The notes beneath the pieces were generated by a model. The model made no database searches and had not been told where the DNA came from. It was given only the letters and a program-made list of their open reading frames with translations. The position numbers and the translations under genes were made by a program. From contig JAZJZC010000004.1 of the NCBI GenBank assembly GCA_040390045.1, forward strand, positions 67,157 to 131,156: a stretch of 64,000 nucleotides of DNA. The letters run 5' to 3'. Positions 27,585 through 38,400 of the stretch are shown here, piece by piece. Position 1 is the stretch's first letter, and each line of letters starts with the position of its first letter. Origin of the DNA: Patescibacteria group bacterium. GTDB lineage: Bacteria; Patescibacteriota; Minisyncoccia; Phycocordibacterales; SIBU01.

Positions 27585-27730
27585 GTATCCAGAGGATGGT
27601 GAGAGTCATTGGCTTTAAGACCCATCCAGCAACTTGTCCCGAGCGTAGTCGAGGGATAAAGTGCTCAACCCAATCCCGTAAGGGAAAGATAACCGGTCAA
27701 ACTCTTTCCCAAACGGCGAAAGTTTTTTTT
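27585..27730 (+). promoter_or_regulatory. SAM-I-like riboswitch with downstream terminator
   Basis: TATCCAGAG..GAGAG..TGGC..GACCC..GCAAC..GTGC..AAAGATA consensus order directly upstream of metK, then a hairpin and T run. Confidence 0.78.
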
Positions 27731-27756
27731 ATAAATTTATTACGTTAATTCACTCA

Positions 27757-28815
27757 ATGAGTAAGAAAAATAATACATATACTGTAGAGAGTGTAACCTG
27801 CGGCCACCCTGACAAGGTCTGCGATCAGATTTCTGATGCAATTTTAGATGCATGTTTGGCGCAAGATCCAAAAAGCCGCGTTGCTGTGGAAACCTTCGGT
27901 AGTCACGGGCACTTAGTGCTCGGTGGAGAGGTCACAACCAAGGCCAAGGTCAATTACAAAAAAATCGCTGCGGACGTTTACAAAAAAATTGGATACACCA
28001 AAAAACTCGATATTCAGGTGTTCATTGTTCAGCAGTCACCTGACATTGCTCAGGGGGTTGATACTGGCGGAGCGGGAGATCAGGGAATTATGTACGGTTT
28101 TGCCACGAATGAAACTCCAGAGTATTTGCCACTTGGCGTAGTTTTGGTGCACAAACTTGCTAAGGGATTGGAAAAATTACGAACCAGCGGCGCAATTAAA
28201 TGGCTCAAACCCGACGGTAAAACTCAAGTGACGTTTCTCAATGGGAAAATTTGCACAGTTCTTGTCAGTACTCAGCATGATAAAAAAATTACCCACGCCG
28301 AAATTAAAAAAACTATAACTGAGAAACTTATCAAACCAATTTTGGGAAAGCTTGCCGATGGGGTGGAAATTCTTGTAAATCCAACCGGTTCATTCGTTCA
28401 GGGTGGATTTGAGGCTGACGCGGGACTTACAGGGCGAAAAATTATCGTTGATACCTACGGAGGCCTAGTGCCACACGGTGGAGGTTGTTTTTCCGGAAAA
28501 GATTTGACGAAAGTTGATCGTTCAGGAGCCTACATGTGCCGATTTGTTGCCAAAAATTTGGTTGCAAACGGCTATGCCAACGAAGCTATGGTTTCTGTGG
28601 CCTACGCCATCGGGCATATTGATCCGCTCATGGTCTATGCTGTAGATGAAAATGGAAAAGATTTGTCAGCTATTGTAAAAAAACATTTTGATTTTCGACC
28701 GCGAGCAATTATTGAAAAATTGGATTTGCTCAAACCGCAATATCAGCAAACTGCCGCCTATGGGCATTTTGGAAAATTGGGATTGCCGTGGGAGAAGATT
28801 GTGAAGATGAAATAA
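27757..28815 (+). CDS. metK: S-adenosylmethionine synthetase
   Basis: ESVTCGHPDK, GAGDQG, PDGKTQV, GLTGRKI, GGGCFSGKD, YGHFG. Confidence 0.98.
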   Translation: MSKKNNTYTVESVTCGHPDKVCDQISDAILDACLAQDPKSRVAVETFGSHGHLVLGGEVTTKAKVNYKKIAADVYKKIGYTKKLDIQVFIVQQSPDIAQGVDTGGAGDQGIMYGFATNETPEYLPLGVVLVHKLAKGLEKLRTSGAIKWLKPDGKTQVTFLNGKICTVLVSTQHDKKITHAEIKKTITEKLIKPILGKLADGVEILVNPTGSFVQGGFEADAGLTGRKIIVDTYGGLVPHGGGCFSGKDLTKVDRSGAYMCRFVAKNLVANGYANEAMVSVAYAIGHIDPLMVYAVDENGKDLSAIVKKHFDFRPRAIIEKLDLLKPQYQQTAAYGHFGKLGLPWEKIVKMK

Positions 28816-28824
28816 GGGGAGAGA

Positions 28825-28934
28825 GTAGATAGTCGGTAGATGGTAGTAGGTAGACCAGATTAAAGAAACCCCCGGCGCGCTTTGCGCGCCGGGGGTTTCA
28901 ACAAGTCTACCCACTACCCACTAATTACTACTTT
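28825..28934. repeat. TAG/CTA heptamer arrays flanking a GC-rich palindromic terminator
   Basis: tagatagtcggtagatggtagtaggtag - GAAACCCCCGGCGCGC ttt GCGCGCCGGGGGTTTC - ctacccactacccactaattactac. Confidence 0.8.
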
Positions 28935-29444
28935 CTATTTCACAATAATCACTCCGAGATACTTTGACGTTGGCATACCGGTGTTCAAGTTATAAAATGG
29001 CCACGCACCGGCTGTTGTGAAAGCAAAATAAAATTTACCACCTCTACCAAGAGGTCCAGACTCCTGGGAAAATCCTGGGTAGGTCGTTTCTGGTTTATCT
29101 GTTGAGCCGTGAATTACCATAGCCATACTACTGGAATTTCTAAATTCAACACTTTCACCACGCTTAATTTCAAGAGTCGATGGTACAAAGCCTTTATCGG
29201 TGAGCTCAACTACATTTCCAGTTGGTTTTGGCGTTGGGGTAATAACCTGAGTTGGTGTCTGAGTCATTGGTTTTTTTGTAACTGGCGCAGCTGTTTTAAC
29301 TACCGGCATCTCAGCCTGTGAGTTTGTAGTGTCAACGACTGGCGGAACTTCCGATTCATTCGTTTTGTTAGCAATAAGGATAATTCCGACAACGACAACT
29401 ACGGCAACTCCACCCCAAACCCACTTTGTATAATCTTTTTGCAT
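28935..29444 (-). CDS. Membrane-anchored cupredoxin-like protein
   Basis: GFVPSTLEIKRGESVEFRN..FTTAGAWPF..GVIIVK cupredoxin topology; canonical Cys ligand absent. Confidence 0.7.
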   Translation of the reverse strand: MQKDYTKWVWGGVAVVVVVGIILIANKTNESEVPPVVDTTNSQAEMPVVKTAAPVTKKPMTQTPTQVITPTPKPTGNVVELTDKGFVPSTLEIKRGESVEFRNSSSMAMVIHGSTDKPETTYPGFSQESGPLGRGGKFYFAFTTAGAWPFYNLNTGMPTSKYLGVIIVK

Positions 29445-29593
29445 TTTAGATTAGCAATAATAAGAGTATTAATACGACGTGGCAAAATTATACCACAAAA
29501 CTTACAGTTTTGTGGTGGGTTGTGGATAATTGTTATGGTGGGACAGCAAAAATTTACATAAAAATACCTCAGAAAAATTCTGAGGTACACCGA

Positions 29594-30598
29594 TCAATAA
29601 ATGCACTCACCCGCGGACTGACTGATGCCGGCATCGAAAATTTCTCGTGCTCGGCAGGTGCTTCCGAGGATTCGATTCACTCCGGCCTCGTACATAGCTG
29701 CAAAATTACGGTACCGTCGACCGACCTCTCCAATTTCATCTTCGGTGAGAATCGGGTATTTAGGATTGGGTAATCCGTGCGAACGCGTAATGTCGAGCGC
29801 CTTCTTGAAACCTTTTTCGATCAGAAGTTGCCTTAGGTATTCCTTCGAGTAGTGCTCAACCTGTCCCGGCTTGAGCGTTTTGGTCAGAGCATAGCGATCC
29901 TCGTTAGGAGTTCCAAACGAGTCAATCACCACTGGGTGTCTCTTCCGCCCAGACAAGGCAATTTCTTTTTTGCCATCGAGCCTCGTAAAGCCCGCCGACC
30001 GCGCCGCAAGTGCAAGTGCGCCATTGAGGCGATTAATAACTCGCCAGACACTTCGCCATTCGGTCAGAGTAATTCCAGCATACGCCAAGGCTTCTTCTGT
30101 GGTCGCAATTGGGCGGTCGACATCTTCCCATTTCGTAGTCACTTCGTGGGAAGGAAAAGGCAACAGAGTTCCTTCAGTGGGAAGTTTGTCCGAGCCGTCA
30201 CTTTCAAAACCGAAATCAGTCGGTTTCCTTTTTCCCGATATGAAGTCACGGTTGAGGTTGCCCGAAACCGCTTCACGGTCAATCCACTCCAGTGATACCA
30301 TAACGTCGGTCTCACCAGGATTTAATGCCAGCCCCTTTAATGTATTGAACCGGCGCACCAATATCGTCCACTCATCCTCTTGCTCGAGAATGCAGGTCTG
30401 GACGCCGACTGCCGTGGCGATTCGATTTGATGCCATGGTGGCTCGAACCACAGCCTTTCCCATTTCCGGAATTGGCTGTGAGCAGCGGCCGATGTCGAAC
30501 GCAGACCAATTGTTGGTGTGCACGAAAGCGAGGGTTTGCGCGTCGACCTCGTAGATGTCTTTAACGCTACCTTGGTGGATAAGCTCTCTGCTTTTCAT
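29594..30598 (-). CDS. purC: SAICAR synthetase
   Basis: GSVKDIY, SAFD, TTKWEDVDRP, DGKKE, DSFGTPNEDRY, SKEYLRQ. Confidence 0.88.
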   Translation of the reverse strand: MKSRELIHQGSVKDIYEVDAQTLAFVHTNNWSAFDIGRCSQPIPEMGKAVVRATMASNRIATAVGVQTCILEQEDEWTILVRRFNTLKGLALNPGETDVMVSLEWIDREAVSGNLNRDFISGKRKPTDFGFESDGSDKLPTEGTLLPFPSHEVTTKWEDVDRPIATTEEALAYAGITLTEWRSVWRVINRLNGALALAARSAGFTRLDGKKEIALSGRKRHPVVIDSFGTPNEDRYALTKTLKPGQVEHYSKEYLRQLLIEKGFKKALDITRSHGLPNPKYPILTEDEIGEVGRRYRNFAAMYEAGVNRILGSTCRAREIFDAGISQSAGECIY

Positions 30599-30713
30599 GA
30601 GTTTTGTGTTTGTTGTGTGTTCAGTTGTTCTGTTGCAATACTAGGCTAGGCTCAAATTTTTTGCAAACACTTTTCAAATTTCACCAACTTGTGTATTATT
30701 GTCAGATAAACCT

Positions 30714-31442
30714 ATGCACAAAAATACAATTGTTTACATAATTTGGTCACTAGTCATTGTTGGAGTGTTCGGAATTGGAATTTTTATTTCTCAAAAAAAA
30801 TCTGCTCCTGCCGATCAGTCAAACGTTTCAGTCGACTCAACTGGCGGTACACTAAAAGTTACCGAATTACCAGTTAATCAATATTCAACTGAAAATCCAA
30901 CAGTAACGCCGAAGCCAGAAGAAAAACCAGCCACAAACACCTCTACTAATTCATCAACACAAACTAAAACCATGAACAAAGTTACTCTTGATACCAACTT
31001 CGGAAAAATTGTTTTGGAAATGTATCCAGCCGATGCGCCAAAAACTGTACAAAACTTTTTAACACTCGCACAGAAGGGTTTTTATAACGGAGTAATTTTT
31101 CACCGAGTAATTCCTGGATTTATGATTCAAGGAGGGGATCCAATGGGAACCGGTACAGGCGGCCCAGGATACAAATTTGATGATGAGTTGAATCCAAGCA
31201 CTCCATCATACAAAGCTGGTTACAAAAAAGGCGTGCTCGCCATGGCAAACGCTGGCCCAAACACCAACGGCAGTCAATTTTTCATTATGCTTGCTGATTA
31301 TCCTTTGCCAAACAATTACACCATCTTCGGTCATGTTGTTGTGGGTCAAGATGTCGTTGATGCAATCGGAAAAACTCCTACCGATGAGAGTGATCGACCC
31401 CTTTCGGAGGTGGTTATGAAGAGTGTCACCGTTAGTAACTAA
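30714..31442 (+). CDS. Cyclophilin peptidyl-prolyl isomerase with N-terminal anchor
   Basis: APKTVQNF, FHRVIPGFMIQGGDP, AMANAGPNTNGSQFFI. Confidence 0.95.
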   Translation: MHKNTIVYIIWSLVIVGVFGIGIFISQKKSAPADQSNVSVDSTGGTLKVTELPVNQYSTENPTVTPKPEEKPATNTSTNSSTQTKTMNKVTLDTNFGKIVLEMYPADAPKTVQNFLTLAQKGFYNGVIFHRVIPGFMIQGGDPMGTGTGGPGYKFDDELNPSTPSYKAGYKKGVLAMANAGPNTNGSQFFIMLADYPLPNNYTIFGHVVVGQDVVDAIGKTPTDESDRPLSEVVMKSVTVSN

Positions 31443-31517
31443 ATTATCTTCAAATTTTCTTTGACATTCTTTCTGGTCTTGATATTATTTTGATAGTTCA
31501 CACAAGAAAGGATTGCT

Positions 31518-31715
31518 ATGCAAACCGCAGTAGTTGGCTGTTGTGACGATTGTCACCACTCTGTCAGTTTCCTGGTAACCGTTGGGTGGAAATTGTGCCA
31601 CCAAAATGAATTGGCGCCAATGATCTGTCTCAAATGCACTCACGATCGACAAAGGGAGAAAAATTCTTCCAATAGGCCGGTCGGAAGCCCGCACGAGACT
31701 ACCTTGCTCGCTTGA
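31518..31715 (+). CDS. Small CxxC..CxxC zinc-finger-like protein
   Basis: CDDC and CLKC; GAAAGGA RBS; upstream TTGACA..TATTAT. Confidence 0.55.
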   Translation: MQTAVVGCCDDCHHSVSFLVTVGWKLCHQNELAPMICLKCTHDRQREKNSSNRPVGSPHETTLLA

Positions 31716-31908
31716 TTTCTCGAAAGATTTATATGGGTACCTGAATAAGGCGCCCTTTTCTTTCTCTTTCTTACCTGAAACCTTAGCTTTTGTTATACAC
31801 ATCCTCAGCTTGTTGACAAGGAAGTCCCTATAGTCTATACTTCCGCCTATCTTCGCAAGATTGTGTTACGGGGGAAATTGAAGGGATTGCAAGGTTTATT
31901 GGTCCTTA

Positions 31909-32033
31909 ATAAAATTCCAGATTTGGCACACTTCTTCGTTGCTCGCTCCGTTTGCTCCCGCGCAGTAGTTTACTACAGCTTGGTCGCAATACTCGCGAGC
32001 GCCTCGAATTGTATCCAAATCATGAAATTTTAT
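31909..32033. repeat. MITE-like inverted-repeat element in the rpoB leader
   Basis: Imperfect TIRs ATAAAATTCCAGATTTGGCACACTTC / GAATTGTATCCAAATCATGAAATTTTAT. Confidence 0.55.
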
Positions 32034-32179
32034 AACCGCATTTTTCTTGCTTAATCTAACTAAATAACCAAAAATTTTTGGCTGCCTCTCATCCGAGGGA
32101 GTTTTTTGTCTGTATTTTTAAAAGTAAAGTTTAATAGATAAGGGGTGGGGAGATTATTAAAAGCTTTTTTATAAAAATT

Positions 32180-35100
32180 ATGAACACACGACAAATATTT
32201 CACAACGGAAAATTGGAAGAAATGGTTCCGTACGACACCGGCGGAAAACGTTCAAAAAAATATTTCGGAAAGTGGAAAAAGGCTCTCACCGACACCCCAA
32301 ACTTTGTCGCTCCTCAAATCAAGTCATTTGAATGGCTTGTAAAACATGGCCTTGAAGAAGTCTTTAAGGAATTTTCTTCTATTAAAGATTATGCTGGAAA
32401 GAAATTTGAATTGGACTTCACCGGTTTTAAACTCTCCGAACCAAAATTTGACGAATACTATGCCAAGGCCAACAAACTCTCCTACGAAGCGCCGCTCAAG
32501 GGAACCGTTAAGTTAAAAAATAAAGTTTTAGGAACTGTTAAAGAGCAGGAAATTTTCCTTGCCGATTTTCCACTCATGACCAATCACGGAACCTTTATTG
32601 TTTCCGGCATTGAACGAGTTATCGTGCCACAGCTCGCGCGATCATTCGGTATTTCCTTTACTGCGCAAGATATTAAAGGCGGCCGTTACTTCGGAGCTAA
32701 AATTATTCCTTCCCGTGGAGCTTGGATTGAAATTGAAAGTGATCCCGACGGCGCTATTTACGTTCGCATCGATCGAAAGAGAAAATTTGCTGTTACCTCA
32801 CTCCTTCGAATTTTAGGCGCCGCAACTGAAAAAGATATTTTCTCTCATTTTAAGGATAATGAATTTGCTAGAGCAGTACTTGAAACCACCCTCCTTAAAG
32901 ATCACGCCAAAACCGCTGACGATTCATTCCTCGAAGTTCACAAGCGATTGCGAGATGGCGATTTGGGAACAGTTGAAAACGCCAAAGAATTTATTCGCTC
33001 AATTTGGAGTGAAGAACGCTATGATATTTCAAAAGTAGGACGTTTTCGATTCAACAAGCGTTTCAATAAAAGTATGGATCCAAAGGCAATTGCCGTTCGA
33101 ACTATTACGCTTGATGACGTGGTGACTATTGTCTCTCACGTTATTAATCTTAATAACACCCCCGGCTCTATCGAAGACGATATTGATCACTTAGGATCAC
33201 GCCGCGTTCGTTTTGTCGGTGAACTCATGCAACAGAAAATTCGCGTTGGTATGTCTCAAATCAAACGAAACATTCAAGATCGAATGTCGACTGTTGATCC
33301 TGACGTCACCATGCCGGTACAATTTATTTCACCCAAACCTTTGCAGGCACGATTGAAAGAATTCTTCACCACCAACCAACTATCGCAATTCATGCTTCAG
33401 GAAAATATTCTTTCTGAACTCGAACACTTGCGAACGCTTTCTGCTCTTGGTCCCGGAGGTCTTACGCGCGAACGCGCAGGATTCGAAGTGCGCGACGTGC
33501 ATCCATCTCACTACGGCAGACTCTGTCCAATTCATACACCCGAAGGTCCAAACATCGGTTTGATTTTGCGTTTGTCTACCTACGCAACGCTGAATGATTT
33601 CGGCATGATTGAAACTCCATACGCCAAAGTTACCAAGGGTGTTGTTACCAAAGAAATTCACTACTTAGACGCACTCGCCGAAGAGACTTTTAAAATTGCT
33701 CACGCCGCAACTGAATATGACAAAGATGGACGAATCACCAACGATGAAGTTGAAGTGAGAATCAGCGGTAAACCAGGACTCGTCACTCGAGACCAGGTTG
33801 ATTATATCGACGTGGCCACCAACCAAGCCTTCTCGATCGCCACTTCGATGATCCCGTTCCTTAACCACGACGATGCCAACCGAGCGCTCATGGGTTCGAA
33901 CATGCAAAAACAAGCAACTCCATGTTTGGTTCCTGAAGCTCCACTTGTCGCTACCGGCATTGAAGAAAAAGCAGCATTTGATAGCGGACGAATTATTATT
34001 TCTGAGGAAGAAGGAACAGTTACGCATGTTGACGCTTCAAAAATTTCTGTCAAAAATTCAAAAGGTAAGGAACACGAATATCCACTTGTTAATTTTTCTC
34101 GAACCAACGGCTTTACCGCCTTCCATCAACGACCATCGGTTAACCTCGGTGATTCAGTAAAGAAGGGAGACGTGTTGGCTGATACATCATCAAGTTCAAA
34201 CGGCCAAGTAGCTCTCGGACAAAACATGCTCGTAGCCTTCATGTCATGGTCTGGATCAAACTACGAAGACGCTATTATTATTTCCGAACGATTGGTTAAA
34301 AATAGTAAATTCAGTTCAATTCACATTGAGGAATTTGTGGTCAACGTACGCGATACCAAACTTGGGCCCGAAATTACCACTCACGATATTCCAAACGTTG
34401 GCGAAGCTAAACTTAAAAATCTTGACGAAGATGGAGTAGTTCGCGTTGGAGCCGAGGTTCGTTCAGGAGACATCTTGGTTGGTAAAATTACGCCAAAAGG
34501 AGAGACACAACTTACTCCAGAAGAAAGACTCTTGCGATCACTCTTCGGTGAAAAAGCTCGTGACGTCAAAGATACATCAAAGAGAATGGAAGGAGGAAAG
34601 CGCGGCCGCATTATCGGTGTGAAAGTATTCTCTCGTGAAAAAGGAGACAAGCTCGATTCAGGAATCATCAAACGAATTCATATTGAAGTGGCAGAACTTC
34701 GAACGGTGTCTGTGGGAGACAAGCTCGCCGGCCGACACGGTAACAAAGGTGTTATTTCAAAAATTCTTCCAGAAGAAGATATGCCATACATGCCAGACGG
34801 CCGACCAGTGGATGTTATTTTGACTCCACTCGGCGTGCCTTCACGTATGAACCTCGGACAGATTTTGGAATTGCACTTGGGATTGGCCGCACAAATTCAA
34901 GGCTACCAAGCAATCGTTCCTCCTTTTGCCGGAGCAACTGAAACTGAAATCAAAGAAGAATTGGTAAAATCAGGTATTCCAGAATCTGGAAAAGTGAAAC
35001 TTTACGACGGCCGAACCGGTCAGGCGTTTGATCAAGACATTGCCATTGGGTACATGTACATTCTTAAACTGCACCACATGGTTGAAGATAAGATTCACAT

Positions 35101-35449
35101 GCGTTCAATTGGTCCGTACTCACTTATTACTCAGCAACCACTTGGAGGAAAAGCTCAAGGTGGAGGACAGCGATTCGGAGAAATGGAAGTCTGGGCACTT
35201 CTTGGACACGGCGCGGCACATACATTGCGTGAAATTCTGACAATCAAATCTGACGATATTATGGGACGAAGCGCGGCATTCGATTCAATTGTTAAGGGTG
35301 AAGAAATTTCCGAATCAAATGCTCCGGCATCGTTTAACGTTTTGCTCAACAACTTACGAGGATTAGCACTCGACGTTGATCTCAAAGGTCAACTTCCAGA
35401 AGTTCCTGATCAGAAAAGGTCGCGCACAAGAAGTGGAAGTGATCGATAG
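32180..35449 (+). CDS. rpoB: RNA polymerase beta subunit
   Basis: GDKLAGRHGNKG, RALMGSNMQ, GGQRFGEME. Confidence 0.99.
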   Translation: MNTRQIFHNGKLEEMVPYDTGGKRSKKYFGKWKKALTDTPNFVAPQIKSFEWLVKHGLEEVFKEFSSIKDYAGKKFELDFTGFKLSEPKFDEYYAKANKLSYEAPLKGTVKLKNKVLGTVKEQEIFLADFPLMTNHGTFIVSGIERVIVPQLARSFGISFTAQDIKGGRYFGAKIIPSRGAWIEIESDPDGAIYVRIDRKRKFAVTSLLRILGAATEKDIFSHFKDNEFARAVLETTLLKDHAKTADDSFLEVHKRLRDGDLGTVENAKEFIRSIWSEERYDISKVGRFRFNKRFNKSMDPKAIAVRTITLDDVVTIVSHVINLNNTPGSIEDDIDHLGSRRVRFVGELMQQKIRVGMSQIKRNIQDRMSTVDPDVTMPVQFISPKPLQARLKEFFTTNQLSQFMLQENILSELEHLRTLSALGPGGLTRERAGFEVRDVHPSHYGRLCPIHTPEGPNIGLILRLSTYATLNDFGMIETPYAKVTKGVVTKEIHYLDALAEETFKIAHAATEYDKDGRITNDEVEVRISGKPGLVTRDQVDYIDVATNQAFSIATSMIPFLNHDDANRALMGSNMQKQATPCLVPEAPLVATGIEEKAAFDSGRIIISEEEGTVTHVDASKISVKNSKGKEHEYPLVNFSRTNGFTAFHQRPSVNLGDSVKKGDVLADTSSSSNGQVALGQNMLVAFMSWSGSNYEDAIIISERLVKNSKFSSIHIEEFVVNVRDTKLGPEITTHDIPNVGEAKLKNLDEDGVVRVGAEVRSGDILVGKITPKGETQLTPEERLLRSLFGEKARDVKDTSKRMEGGKRGRIIGVKVFSREKGDKLDSGIIKRIHIEVAELRTVSVGDKLAGRHGNKGVISKILPEEDMPYMPDGRPVDVILTPLGVPSRMNLGQILELHLGLAAQIQGYQAIVPPFAGATETEIKEELVKSGIPESGKVKLYDGRTGQAFDQDIAIGYMYILKLHHMVEDKIHMRSIGPYSLITQQPLGGKAQGGGQRFGEMEVWALLGHGAAHTLREILTIKSDDIMGRSAAFDSIVKGEEISESNAPASFNVLLNNLRGLALDVDLKGQLPEVPDQKRSRTRSGSDR

Positions 35450-35467
35450 TTAAACTCAAAAAATACC

Positions 35468-38400
35468 ATGATAAAATCAAAAACCATTGGAAATTTAAAC
35501 ACTTTCGAGAGCATCGGCCTCAAAATTGCCTCTCCCGAGAGAATCAAGGAGTGGTCCTACGGCGAAATCACCAAGCCGGAAACCATTAACTATCGAACAC
35601 AGAGAAGTGAAAAATCTGGGCTATTCGACGAGAAAATTTTCGGCCCAGATCGAGATTACGAATGTTACTGTGGAAAATACCGCGGTATTCGCTATAAAGG
35701 AATTGTCTGTGAAAAATGTGGAGTGGAAATCACTCGCTCAATTGTTCGACGTGAACGAATGGGTCACATTGATCTCGCAACCCCAGTTTCTCACATCTGG
35801 TTTCTCCGAAGTATGCCATCTCGCTTGGGATTAATTCTTGGAATGGCAACGGGAGATTTGGAAAAAGTTATTTACTTCGCCGGTTACATCGTCACCAAGA
35901 TTTTTGAAGACGACCGCGCGCAAATTCTCAAAGATCTCGACGCCGAATACAAATCAAAAGTTAAATCTCTTCAAGACGAGAAATCTAAAGACGCCATTAA
36001 AGAGAAATGTGTCGCTGCTAAAAAAGAAATTGAGAGTGTTCAAGAGGGAACTGTGCTTGATGAAGTGGCCTACCACAACTTCTCCATGAAATACGGCACC
36101 CTTTTCGAAGCTTCAATTGGAGCCGAAGCCGTGTACAGTTTGTGCAAAAATATTGACCTCAAAAAACTTGAGAATAAACTTGAACAGGATTTTCAAGAAG
36201 CCAGCTCGCTCGAAAAAGATAAGATCAACAAACGATTGAGCCTCGTTCGCTCAATGATCAACTCAAACATTCGCCCAGAATGGATGTTTTTGACGCGAAT
36301 TCCTGTTATTCCACCAGCACTTCGACCAATGGTTCCATTAGACGGAGGCCGATATGCTACGTCAGATGTGAACGATTTGTACCGCCGCGTCATCAACCGC
36401 AACAATCGTTTGAAGAAATTGAAAGAAATCAATGCGCCGGATGTTATTTTGCGTAACGAAAAAAGAATTCTTCAGGAAGCCGTTGACTCACTTATTGATA
36501 ACTCAATTCGACACGGCAACACTCCTTCAGGTGCCTTGAATCAATCACAGCGCCGACCGTTAAAATCCCTTTCTGACAACCTTAAAGGTAAACGAGGTCT
36601 TTTCCGACAAAACCTTTTGGGTAAACGCGTTGACTACTCAGCTCGATCGGTTATCGTTGTCGGTCCTGAACTCAAACTCGACCAGTGTGGTTTGCCAAAA
36701 CACATGGCTCTTGAACTTTTCCGACCATTCGTTATCGGCGAACTTCTACGACGCGAATTAGCATTCAACATCCGCGGAGCCGGACGCCTTATCGACGAAG
36801 ATGTTCCGGAAGTTTGGGCTATTCTTGAAGAAATCACCAAAGATAAATACGTTCTTCTAAACCGCGCGCCTACGTTGCACCGATTGGGTATTCAAGCTTT
36901 CCGACCTGTACTTATCGAAGGTAACGCTATTCATGTCCACCCACTCGTTTGTACCGCCTTCAACGCTGACTTCGACGGAGACCAGATGGCTGTCCACCTT
37001 CCGCTTGGAGTTGAGGCTCAGCTCGAGGCCAAGGAAATCATGGCATCTGACAAAAACATTTTGAAACCTGGAAACGGCGATCCGATTGTTTCTGCAAAAA
37101 TGCTCGATATTGTTCTCGGTTGTTACTGGATGACCAAGATTATTCCAGGAGCTACAGGAGAAGGGAAATACTTCTCAAGTCCAAATGCCGCTATCACCGC
37201 GTTCAACTTCGACGCAGTGGAATTCCGCGCAAAGGTGAAAGTCATGGGAACCAGCAACCTCAAGTACAAGGAATTTGAAGGAGGGTTATTTGAAACATCT
37301 GTTGGACGATTGCTCTTCAATAGTGTGCTTCCATCTGACTACCCATACATCAACCAAGATATCGAACGAAAGAAAATGGCATGGCTCGTTGATGATCTCA
37401 TCAACCGCTACGGCATCAAAAATATTCCACCGATCATGGATAAGATAAAGTCCTTCGGTTTCAAATACGCAACCTACTCTGGCGTTACCTGGGGAATTGA
37501 CGATGTCAAAATTCCAGAAAAGAAACCTGAAGTGATTGACGCCGCTAAGAAAAAATCCGACCTCGTACTCAATCAATACAACGAAGGTTTGCTTTCAAAA
37601 GAAGAAAAACTTCGAAAAAATATTGAAATTTGGCACGGTGCTAAAAATGAAATTGAAAAATTAATCCCAGCAACACTTCCAGTAAACGGTTCAGTTCACG
37701 ACATGGTGTTCTCTGGTGCTCGAGGTTCATTTTCACAGATTACTCAGATGGCCGGTATGAAAGGTTTGATTCAAAACACTGCCGGAGAAACTATCGAATT
37801 TCCAATTCTTTCTTCAATGAAAGAAGGTTTGACTCCAATTGAATACTTCATTACCACTCACGGTTCTCGAAAAGGTTTGACTGACACGGCGCTCAACACT
37901 GCCAAAGCCGGATACCTCACTCGAAAATTGTTCGTCGCCGCGCAAGATACGATTGTTACGGAAGAAGATTGTGGAACCAAAGACACCCTAACCATCAAAC
38001 GAGTTGGCGCTCTTGGTGGAGATCCTACATTGGCGAAACACATCAAAGGACGAGTTCTCGGCGCTGACGCCATTGGCAAAAATGGCGAAGTTATTCTCAA
38101 GAAAGGAACCTTGTTGTCAAAAATTGACGCTTTGAAAATCCAGGATGAAGGGGCACTCGAAGCTAAAGTTCGATCACCACTGACCTGTAAATCAATCCAC
38201 GGCGTTTGCATCAAATGTTACGGTGTTGATCTCGGTAAATTTGAATCGGTGGGAATTGGCGAAGCAGTAGGAACCGTTGCCGCTCAAGCTATCGGTGAAC
38301 CAGGAACTCAGCTCACCATGCGTACTTTCCACGCCGGAGGAACCGCGTCTGTCGGAGGAGACATTACGCAAGGTTTGCCTCGCGTTGAAGAACTCTTCGA

